Shown here: positions 56,686 to 64,000 of the stretch, in pieces | How the letters are laid out: the number at the start of each line of letters is the position of its first letter | Position numbering within the stretch: position 1 is the stretch's first letter | DNA from: Minisyncoccota bacterium | GTDB lineage: Bacteria > Patescibacteriota > Minisyncoccia > Phycocordibacterales > Phycocordibacteraceae | Length of the DNA stretch: 64,000 bases | Assembly (NCBI GenBank): GCA_022842945.1 | Contig: JALHOO010000001.1 | Span: forward strand, 288,040-352,039 | Reading direction: 5' to 3' | Notes under the pieces: generated by a model | Told to the model about the DNA's origin: nothing | Seen by the model: the letters and a program-made list of their open reading frames with translations, nothing else | Databases searched by the model: none | Made by a program: the position numbers and the translations under genes

Positions 56686-57618
56686 ATGAGGTCCCTGTGT
56701 ACATACTTCGGATCTATGGATATACACACCATTGAAAAGAGCTCGTTCAAGAAAGTTGGGCTTGGTTCCCTTCTAGAAATTCCAGAACCTCCGGAGAGAC
56801 TTTGGGTGCGCGGAACACTTCCCTTGAAGGGCATGAAGCGGCTTGCCGTTGTAGGCTCGCGTGCACTAACCCCCTATGGGCGCTCTGCATGCGAGACGCT
56901 TATTCGAGACCTCTCAGGACATCCGGTATCCATCGTCTCCGGACTCGCGCTTGGTGCCGATGCCTGTGCGCACCGTGCCGCTCTAGCTTCAGGACTTCAC
57001 ACTATCGCTATCCCCGGGTCTGGCTTGAACTACGACACCATCGCCCCACAGACGAATCTTGCACTTGCGAAAGACATTGAAAGAGCAGGAGGAGTGCTAA
57101 TTTCGGAGCACCCTCCAGAGACCCCTGCACGTCCTGAATACTTTCCCTCAAGAAATCGCATCATGGCAGGACTTGCTGACGCAGTGCTTATGATTGAAGC
57201 CGGAGTGAAGTCGGGCACGCTCATAACCGCGAGACTTGCCGTTGAATACAATCGCGACCTCTTATGTGTGCCGCATCGCATAGACGACGTGCACGGGAAA
57301 GGTGCGCACCAGTTCCTGCGTATGGGCGCGGAGCTCGTATCCGAGTCTGCGCATATTCTGGAAGCACTCCATATTCCTTTAGAACCAGTCCTGCCCGCTC
57401 TTCCAAACCTGAAGGAGGAGGAGCTCTGTATCTATGGACTCTTGGACGAACCCTACGGGAAGAACGAGCTCGTGCGGCGTTCTCGATTGTCGCCAGCGAT
57501 AGCCGTAACAGCACTCATGACGCTCGAATTGAAGGGTCTTATAAAGGAGGAGTACGGAGTCTGGCGACGCACGAACCTAGCACTCTGCACAGGTTCATCG
57601 CTTGACCATCCTATATAA
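56686..57618 (+). CDS. dprA: DNA-processing protein A
   Basis: 'LAVVGSRALTPYGRSACETLIRDL...SGLALGADACAHRAAL...' is the DprA Rossmann-like domain. C-terminal winged-helix-like domain. Confidence 0.9.
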   Translation: MRSLCTYFGSMDIHTIEKSSFKKVGLGSLLEIPEPPERLWVRGTLPLKGMKRLAVVGSRALTPYGRSACETLIRDLSGHPVSIVSGLALGADACAHRAALASGLHTIAIPGSGLNYDTIAPQTNLALAKDIERAGGVLISEHPPETPARPEYFPSRNRIMAGLADAVLMIEAGVKSGTLITARLAVEYNRDLLCVPHRIDDVHGKGAHQFLRMGAELVSESAHILEALHIPLEPVLPALPNLKEEELCIYGLLDEPYGKNELVRRSRLSPAIAVTALMTLELKGLIKEEYGVWRRTNLALCTGSSLDHPI

Positions 57619-57640
57619 GGTACGGTATGTGTTAGCACAC

Positions 57641-60043
57641 ATGGCAAAACGACTCCTTATTGTTGAATCCCCCGCAAAGGCCCGCACCATCCAGCAGTAT
57701 CTGGGTAGCGAGTACGAGGTGCTTGCGTCAGTGGGGCATGTGCGCGACCTCCCAAAGAGCAACAAGGACGCCGTTGATATTGAGGACGGGTTCGTTCCCC
57801 GCTACGTTATCTCGCCTGACAAGCGCGAGGTTATCGAGCGCATCAAGAAAGCGGCAGGCAAAGCAGACGAGATATTCCTTGCAACGGACCCCGACCGCGA
57901 AGGAGAGGCTATTGCCTGGCACGTAAAGGAAGCGGTGGGTCTAAAGTCTCCGCAACGTGTGGTCTTTCATGAGATTACAAAGACTGCAGTTGAAGAAGCT
58001 ATTGCGCACCCTCGTGCAATTGATGAGAACCTGCGCCAGGCACAGGAAGCACGTCGCGTACTTGATCGCCTCGTAGGGTACGACCTCTCCGGACTTATCT
58101 GGAAGAAGGTGCGGTACGGCCTCTCTGCCGGACGCGTGCAATCTCCCGCACTTCGTATCCTCGCTGAACGCGAGCGTGAAATCAAAGCATTCATCCCAGA
58201 AACGTATTACACCCTCGACGCTGTCTTTGCCGCTAGCACCAAGCAAGAGAAAGCGGAGTTCCCTGCGTCCTGTGTTGAGGAACCAAAGACCGTAGAAGAG
58301 GCAGAGCGCATCGTTACGGTTGGGCGTGCGTCCTCGTGGATTGTGGCGGAGCTCAAGGAGCGTGCAGAGGAGCGCCAGCCTAAGCCACCGTTCACAACAT
58401 CTACACTTCAGCAGGCAGGTTCGACTCGTCTTGGATTCTCTCCAAGCCGCACTATGCGTGCCGCCCAGAAGCTGTACGAAGCCGGACTCATTACCTACAT
58501 GCGTACGGACTCCGTTACCCTTTCAAAGGACGCAACCGCAGTGCTCGTTGCAACTGCTGCCAAAGAGTTTGGCGCAGAGTACGCAGAGAGCCGTGTATAC
58601 AAGACCAAGAGCAAGAACGCACAGGAAGCGCACGAAGCGGTGCGTCCAACTGACCCAACCAAGAAGACTGCCGGCGCAACGGGAGACGAGCAAAACCTCT
58701 ATGAGCTCATTCGCACCCGCACGCTTGCAAGCCAGATGACGTCAGCGAAGATGTTGCGCACGAGCGTAAAGGCGAAGGCAGTTGCAACGGATGGTACAGA
58801 TGCAGGTATTCCTCTCTTTAGCGGGAATGGTTCACGCGTAACCTTCCCGGGATGGCTCGCTTGCGACACAAAGGCGCGTGGCGAAGATGTTGAGCTTCCG
58901 AAGCTTGCAGAGGGCGAACCGCTCGCACTTGTATCTCTTGGCTCCCTTGAGAAGCAAACCGAACCACCCAACCGCTACACCGAAGCTGGCCTCATCAAGG
59001 AACTTGAGAAGCGTGGCATCGGACGCCCGTCTACCTACGCAAGCATCATGAAGACTATTCAGGATCGCGGGTACGTAGAGAAGACTGGCCGCACTCTTAC
59101 CCCAACCGCAACCGGTATGGTTGTGTCTGGATGGCTTGAGGAGCATTTTGCAGAGTACATCTCTGACTCCTTTACGGCTGAGATGGAGGACGAGCTCGAC
59201 GAAATATCGCGTGGCGAGCGCGGCTATGTGGCTACCCTTTCTGAGTTCTACGGACCCTTTAAGAAAGCGGTTGATGCGAAGGAAGATCTTCCAAAGGCAA
59301 CGTCTCTCGGTCCCGTACCTTCTGAGTTTGTGTGTCCTACCTGTGGAGCCTCTATGGAATTCAAGCTCGGACGTGGCGGTATATTCATGAGCTGCACTCG
59401 CTACCCAGACTGCGAGGGCGCACGTCAGGAAGACGGCTCTGAACTGAAGAGCGACGAACCCCTCGGAAACGATCCAGAGAGCGGTACGCCAATATTTGTT
59501 AAGACAGGACGCTTCGGTCCGTATGTGGAGATGGAACTCCCAACCCCGGAGCCCGTGCAGGAGTTCACGAAGACCGGAAAGCCAAAGAAGATGAAAGAGG
59601 CAAAGAAGGTGTTCAAGCGTGCGAGTGTTCCTGCAGGAGTTGACCTTACCGCACTCACACTTAAAGACGCACTCCATTACCTTTCCCTTCCGCGTGCCCT
59701 TGGCAATCATCCAACTTCTGGAAAGCCCATCATCGCGAACATCGGCCGCTTCGGTCCGTACGTAGGACACGACGGCGAGTTCCGTTCTCTTAAGGGCGCT
59801 GACGACCCGTACACTATTACGCTTGACCGCGCGGTTAGTGTTCTTGCAGAACCAAAGCGCCCACCCAAGGGCGTAGACATTGTGCGGGAGGTTGGCAAGC
59901 ATCCGAAGACCGGAAAGAACATCGTGCTCTACAAGTCGAAGGCCGGACTCTTCCTTAAGAAGGGACTGCGTCGCATCTATTTGCCCGAAAGCCAGAAGGC
60001 TGACGAGCTCACACCACTTGAAGCTGCTGAGTATCTGAAGTAG
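57641..60043 (+). CDS. topA: DNA topoisomerase I
   Basis: TOPRIM 'LLIVESPAKARTIQQYLG...VGHVRDLP' and the active-site Tyr region. C-terminal Zn-ribbon 'CPTCGASME...CTRYPDCEG'. The ATG at 57641 is the first in-frame ATG. Confidence 0.97.
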   Translation: MAKRLLIVESPAKARTIQQYLGSEYEVLASVGHVRDLPKSNKDAVDIEDGFVPRYVISPDKREVIERIKKAAGKADEIFLATDPDREGEAIAWHVKEAVGLKSPQRVVFHEITKTAVEEAIAHPRAIDENLRQAQEARRVLDRLVGYDLSGLIWKKVRYGLSAGRVQSPALRILAEREREIKAFIPETYYTLDAVFAASTKQEKAEFPASCVEEPKTVEEAERIVTVGRASSWIVAELKERAEERQPKPPFTTSTLQQAGSTRLGFSPSRTMRAAQKLYEAGLITYMRTDSVTLSKDATAVLVATAAKEFGAEYAESRVYKTKSKNAQEAHEAVRPTDPTKKTAGATGDEQNLYELIRTRTLASQMTSAKMLRTSVKAKAVATDGTDAGIPLFSGNGSRVTFPGWLACDTKARGEDVELPKLAEGEPLALVSLGSLEKQTEPPNRYTEAGLIKELEKRGIGRPSTYASIMKTIQDRGYVEKTGRTLTPTATGMVVSGWLEEHFAEYISDSFTAEMEDELDEISRGERGYVATLSEFYGPFKKAVDAKEDLPKATSLGPVPSEFVCPTCGASMEFKLGRGGIFMSCTRYPDCEGARQEDGSELKSDEPLGNDPESGTPIFVKTGRFGPYVEMELPTPEPVQEFTKTGKPKKMKEAKKVFKRASVPAGVDLTALTLKDALHYLSLPRALGNHPTSGKPIIANIGRFGPYVGHDGEFRSLKGADDPYTITLDRAVSVLAEPKRPPKGVDIVREVGKHPKTGKNIVLYKSKAGLFLKKGLRRIYLPESQKADELTPLEAAEYLK

Positions 60044-60086
60044 CGCATCGTTTGCTGCATAGGCAGCCTCACAGTATCCTTACCCA

Positions 60087-61703
60087 ATGGTTACGGCTAA
60101 AGAGATCCTCGCACAAATGAGTAGCGCCACGCCGGAAGACGAGGCACTTATCGAGAAAGCGTACGAGTTCGGAAAGAAGGCACACGAGGGCCACACCCGC
60201 AATTCAGGCGAACCCTATTTCATACACCCAGCCGCTGCCGCAAAGCACTTGGCTGAGATGGGGATGGATGCTCCCACCATCGCGGCCGCACTTCTCCATG
60301 ACGCCATAGAAGATGTAGGGGTTACCCCTGAAGAGCTTGAGGCGGAACTTGGTGCTGAAGTGCGCTTTCTGGTTGAAGGCGTTACCAAGCTCGGGAAGCA
60401 TAAGTATCAAGGTGGCGAGCGCCACGCAGAGAGTCTCCGACGTCTTCTGGTTGCAACCTCAGCAGATGTTCGCGTGCTCATCATCAAGCTCGCAGACCGC
60501 TACCACAACATGACAACCCTCGAGCATGTGCCTGAGGAGAAGCGCCGCCGTATTGCACTTGAGACCCTTGAGATCTACGCACCTATTGCAGACCGTCTCG
60601 GTATGGGAAGTCTGAAGAAAGAACTTGAAGACCTCGCCTTTCCGTTTATTGATGCGGATGCACACACACATGCTCTTGAAGTGCGGAAGTTGAAGAACAA
60701 AGAGACTGAGGCTGGGCTTGCGCGCGTACAGAAGGAACTGCGCCATGCGCTTGCCCGCAAGAGCGTGCAAGGCTTCACCACATCTATTCGCACCAAAGGA
60801 CTCTGGAGTCTGCATCAGAAACTTAAGCGCAAAGGAGACGACATCACACGCATTCATGACATCGCGGCACTTCGCGTTATTGTGCCTACCGTTGACGACT
60901 GCTATAGCGCTCTGGGCGTTATACACGCCCTCTGGAAGCCGCTACCGGGCGAGTTTAAGGATTACATCTCCTTCCCGAAGCCAAACGGGTACCAGTCTCT
61001 GCATACGACGGTTGTAACGGGGGACGCAGGCATTGTTGAGGTGCAGATTCGCACCAAGGATATGCACCAGCGTGCACAGTTTGGTATCGCGTCGCATATG
61101 TCGTACAAGGCGCTCTCAAAGGACGCAGGCAAGAACGCGTTCCAGCGACTTTCCTTCCCATGGATTAGGGACTTAGTGCCAGCCCTTCTCAACATGAAGA
61201 AGGGTGCATCAGCAACAGAAACGAAGAACACCCTTTCCTCTACCACTGATGTTCCTCGCTGGTTAACAGACCTTAAGGAGGCTCACGCAGAAGTTGCAGG
61301 TCCTGACGACTTCGTTGAAGGACTTAAGAGCGACTTCTTCTCGCATCGCATTTTCATATTCACTCCTAAGGGCGACGTTATAGACCTTCCTACCGAATCC
61401 ACGCCTGTTGATTTTGCGTACGCCATACACAGCGATCTTGGAGACCATATGCAAGGAGCCAAGGTTAACGGAAAGCTGGTCTCATTCGATACGATACTTA
61501 GGAACGGCGACATTATTGAAATACTCAAATCAAAGTCTGCGCGTCCAACCGCTAAATGGATAGACTATGCACGCACCTCTATGGCGCGCCGCCATATACG
61601 CGCAACACTCGACGAAAGTGCACGCAATCGCCCGCATCCGGACGCTTCGAAGCCCAAGAAGAAGGATAAAGAGAAGCCTAAAAAGAAAGGAAAGCAGGAC
61701 TAG
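60087..61703 (+). CDS. RelA/SpoT homologue (HD hydrolase + synthetase + TGS; no C-terminal ACT/CC region), 538 aa
   Basis: HD motif 'HTRNSGEPYFIHP...HDAIED'. Synthetase 'RVIVPTVDDCYSALGVIHALWKPLPGEFKDYI'. TGS 'FIFTPKGDVIDLPTESTPVDFAY'. Confidence 0.9.
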   Translation: MVTAKEILAQMSSATPEDEALIEKAYEFGKKAHEGHTRNSGEPYFIHPAAAAKHLAEMGMDAPTIAAALLHDAIEDVGVTPEELEAELGAEVRFLVEGVTKLGKHKYQGGERHAESLRRLLVATSADVRVLIIKLADRYHNMTTLEHVPEEKRRRIALETLEIYAPIADRLGMGSLKKELEDLAFPFIDADAHTHALEVRKLKNKETEAGLARVQKELRHALARKSVQGFTTSIRTKGLWSLHQKLKRKGDDITRIHDIAALRVIVPTVDDCYSALGVIHALWKPLPGEFKDYISFPKPNGYQSLHTTVVTGDAGIVEVQIRTKDMHQRAQFGIASHMSYKALSKDAGKNAFQRLSFPWIRDLVPALLNMKKGASATETKNTLSSTTDVPRWLTDLKEAHAEVAGPDDFVEGLKSDFFSHRIFIFTPKGDVIDLPTESTPVDFAYAIHSDLGDHMQGAKVNGKLVSFDTILRNGDIIEILKSKSARPTAKWIDYARTSMARRHIRATLDESARNRPHPDASKPKKKDKEKPKKKGKQD

Positions 61704-62716
61704 ACCGTAAAGTTGCGCACGGAGTAGAGGTCTTCCTCAACCGCAGGAACAGGTGTGGTGTTCGTAAGTTGGGTGGTGTTTGGGAATTCACTTGCAACTG
61801 CAGCCTCTTCCTGCGTAACGGCAGGCTGCTCTGCTTCTTCAACAAGCGTCTCCTCTTGAGTCGCGAGTATAGCCGCTATGTGCGAGAGGTCTTCTGGAGA
61901 GAAGAACTCAATAAGGAGACGTCCTCCCTGTGGACGGTTCTCGATGAGTACCCGGGTACCAAGCGTCTCCGTAAGAGACTTCTCAAGTGCCATCATCTCA
62001 GGCGTCTTGTCGTGCTTACGGATTTTGTCCTGCGCAAGGCGGCGCGCCATCTGCTCAACCATACGCACTGACGTCTTCTTAAGGACAATTTCCTTGAAGA
62101 GCGTGTCGCGTTCTTCTGGCTTGTCGTTAAGCATGAGGAGTGCACGCGCATGTCCCTCAGACAGCTCCTTCCCTACAACCGCCATCTGAATAGCCTCAGG
62201 CAGAAGAAGGAGACGGATGGAGTTACTCACGTACTCGCGAGAGCGTCCAATCTTTGCACCAATCTCTGAGTGCGAAATAGCAAAGGTCTCAGCGAGCTGT
62301 GCGAGAGCTTTAGCGCGATCTATGGCGTTCAGGTCTTCACGCTGAAGGTTCTCAATGATGGCAAGCTCGAGCTTCATCTTGTCAGACTGTTCGCCAGCGC
62401 GAATAACCACCGGCACTTCCTTAAGACCGATGAGCTTCGACGCGCGAAGGCGTCTCTCGCCCGCTATAAGCTCGTAGGCAGCCTGGAGACCGCCCTCTGC
62501 CTTCTCTACCTCCTTACGCGTCACTACAAGCGGCTGGAGCACGCCGTACTGGCGAATGGACTCAGCAAGGGCTTTCAGCCGCTCCTCATCGAACTCTACG
62601 CGCGGCTGGTACGGGTTCGGTTCAATGCGACTAAGCTCTACCCAGTACACGGAATCGTACTTCGTAGGCTGAGCGAAGGACTCAGGTTCCTTCGAAGGAC
62701 TTCCAAACATGTTCAT
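61700..62716 (-). CDS. parB: ParB/Spo0J-like partition protein
   Basis: 'LQPLVV...YELIAGERRLRASKLIGLKEVPVVI' is the ParB N-domain. An HTH is also present. Confidence 0.85.
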   Translation of the reverse strand: MNMFGSPSKEPESFAQPTKYDSVYWVELSRIEPNPYQPRVEFDEERLKALAESIRQYGVLQPLVVTRKEVEKAEGGLQAAYELIAGERRLRASKLIGLKEVPVVIRAGEQSDKMKLELAIIENLQREDLNAIDRAKALAQLAETFAISHSEIGAKIGRSREYVSNSIRLLLLPEAIQMAVVGKELSEGHARALLMLNDKPEERDTLFKEIVLKKTSVRMVEQMARRLAQDKIRKHDKTPEMMALEKSLTETLGTRVLIENRPQGGRLLIEFFSPEDLSHIAAILATQEETLVEEAEQPAVTQEEAAVASEFPNTTQLTNTTPVPAVEEDLYSVRNFTV

Positions 62717-62874
62717 GTGTGCATTGTATCATCGCACCCGCACTTTGCAGGAGCGCGACCTGTGAAGTACGATAGCTTGCGTATCGATACGTCGATACAT
62801 TTCGTTCTTTTGCGTACGCGCAAAGGACATTCGTTCGGGCAGACGGGGGTACGCTCCCGGCTCTGCCCAAACTT

Positions 62875-62956
62875 GCCGGGGTGGCGGAGTTGGTATACGC
62901 GGCGGATTCAAAACCCGCTCCCGCAAGGGTCGAGGGTTCGAGTCCCTCCCCCGGCA
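62875..62956 (+). tRNA. tRNA-Leu (anticodon CAA), type II with long variable arm
   Basis: GCCGGGG perfectly paired with CCCCGGC, and A73. Anticodon loop TTCAAAA. Variable arm CCC-GCAA-GGG. The anticodon stem has an A31.C39 mismatch. Confidence 0.75.
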
Positions 62957-63059
62957 CACATTAGCGAGAATAGTATTCATAATTGCTTCTCATATCTGCA
63001 TCTGGTAGGGTTCGGCAAGGTGTTTTTTGTGGCATCGTAATCTTACAAGGAGACGTGTG

Positions 63060-63731
63060 ATGACCGAAGACGACTGGAGACGGAAGTTCGCCGACTGTGG
63101 CGCGTTCTGGCAGCACGACGGAAATCCGAAGCGTCCGTACGCGAGACTCACCACGAATCGTATCTCAGACGGGTTCTTCAATGGCGGTCGTGTCGCTGAG
63201 GAAGACCCGGCTACGTTTAGCGAGGGCACAAGGACTCTCATGTACCGATTCCAGGAATTGCTGCGGCACGAACTGGATCAGGGACAGGAGTTGAAATTCC
63301 CACGCATCATCGGCGCGGAGTACGGCGGCATCGCGCTATCTGTCATCTTTGCAGCTGGAGGCAGGTACAAGTCTGCGTTCGCGCAGAAGCAACCGGACGA
63401 TACACTGGCGTTCTTGCGCGCGGACATCAAGCCTGGCGAGAGGATCCTCATAGTCGAGGACACGATAACGACAGGCGGTACTGTTCTCAAACTCGTGGAC
63501 GCAGTGCGACGACTCGATCTGGCTGGATGCGACTTCATCCCGACCGTCTATACACTCTGCAATCGGTCAGGGAAAGACTTCGTCGGCGATTTTCAGATCG
63601 TGTCCCTCATCTCCCCCAACTTCACTGCATGGAAGGAGGGAGAGAATCCGTTCACGCCCGACGGCACGGAGATCGTTCCTCCGGTCCGTCCAAAGACCGA
63701 CTGGACAGCGCTCACTCGCGATTACGAGTAG
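63060..63731 (+). CDS. Phosphoribosyltransferase-family protein (PRTase type I fold)
   Basis: AAGGAGA RBS 6 nt upstream of the ATG at 63060. PRPP-binding motif 'ILIVEDTITTGGT'. Confidence 0.65.
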   Translation: MTEDDWRRKFADCGAFWQHDGNPKRPYARLTTNRISDGFFNGGRVAEEDPATFSEGTRTLMYRFQELLRHELDQGQELKFPRIIGAEYGGIALSVIFAAGGRYKSAFAQKQPDDTLAFLRADIKPGERILIVEDTITTGGTVLKLVDAVRRLDLAGCDFIPTVYTLCNRSGKDFVGDFQIVSLISPNFTAWKEGENPFTPDGTEIVPPVRPKTDWTALTRDYE

Positions 63732-63736
63732 ACGAC

Positions 63737-63772
63737 AGCCGGCGGCCCCTTTCGGGACCGCCGGCTTTTCCT
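63737..63772 (+). terminator. Rho-independent terminator
   Basis: 'agccggcggccc-ctttcg-gggaccgccggct' then 'tttcc'. Confidence 0.75.
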
Positions 63773-63784
63773 TATATGCCGTCT

Positions 63785-64000
63785 TAGATCTTCCCCACAA
63801 GATCCATCCCTGGCTCAAGCGTATCGTCTCCTGGCTCCCAGGATGCTGGGCACACTTTGCCTGCATTCTGCTCAACGAACTGTGCAGCCTGAAGCTTGCG
63901 GTATGTGTCCTTAGCAGAACGGCCGATGCTGTTGTCGTTCACTTCCATTGCGCGAAGGGTTCCTTTCGGATCAACAATGAAGGTGCCGCGCAGTGCGAGA
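63785..64000 (-). CDS. Peroxiredoxin (AhpC/Prx1 type), C-terminal part (N-terminus beyond the window)
   Basis: Reverse-strand translation reads '...ALRGTFIVDPKGTLRAMEVNDNSIGRSAKDTYRKLQAAQFVEQNAGKVCPASWEPGDDTLEPGMDLVGKI*'. Confidence 0.8.

Noticed and set aside
62682-62980. Two minus-strand ORFs (91 and 83 aa) across the tRNA-Leu locus, and plus ORF 19220..19522 across tRNA-Ala.
   Set aside because: They overlap well-formed tRNA genes and their structured flanks. No coding signals.

Overview
The window is a gene-dense, mostly minus-strand bacterial segment with a core of translation, DNA repair and cell-envelope genes, interrupted by several short compositionally foreign islands. The mix of housekeeping genes, minimal-domain versions of large proteins, a complete but trimmed atpBEFHAGDC operon, DUF-rich small proteins and a VirB4-like module suggests a reduced-genome bacterium, possibly Patescibacteria or Saccharibacteria-like (inference only).

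Core genes recognised:
- leuS (partial at the left edge), ychF, the F-type ATP synthase operon, mltG, TspO, ddl
- uvrC, uvrA and uvrB, with a two-component pair just 3' of uvrB on the minus strand
- tgt, an FKBP PPIase, an ECF sigma factor with a putative anti-sigma factor, rluB/rsuA-like, ogt
- an ABC-F ATPase, dnaX, dus, an ftsQ-like gene, serS, dprA, topA, a relA/spoT homologue, parB, a PRTase, and a peroxiredoxin (partial at the right edge)
- five tRNAs: Ala-GGC, Ala-TGC, Gln-TTG and Leu-CAA, plus a tRNA-like minus-strand segment at about 50357-50427

Most notable observations:
1. A complete Nudix hydrolase domain with an intact Nudix box is inserted in-frame into LeuRS, between the post-editing 'AVPAHDERDFAFA' motif and the 'YRMRDWSVGRQRYWG' core motif.
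2. A 22-38-nt conserved intergenic element, 'tgctgg..gtctgggacgatgttggaaccgc', occurs five times in the same orientation. Each copy lies just upstream of a minus-strand gene start and next to an AT-rich single-gene island or a tRNA gene.
3. Several AT-rich islands carry HEPN-motif (Abi-like), NYN-domain and unknown small genes.
4. A GC-rich lipoprotein gene with foreign codon usage is driven by a textbook TTGACA-17-TATAAT promoter.
5. A VirB4-like ATPase sits next to a 949-aa multi-TM protein, a likely type-IV-secretion-like module.
6. An AlaX-M editing-protein gene is interrupted by a single in-frame TAG.
7. A histone H1-like gene contains a 27-bp coding tandem repeat.

No CRISPR array, integrase or transposase was seen.
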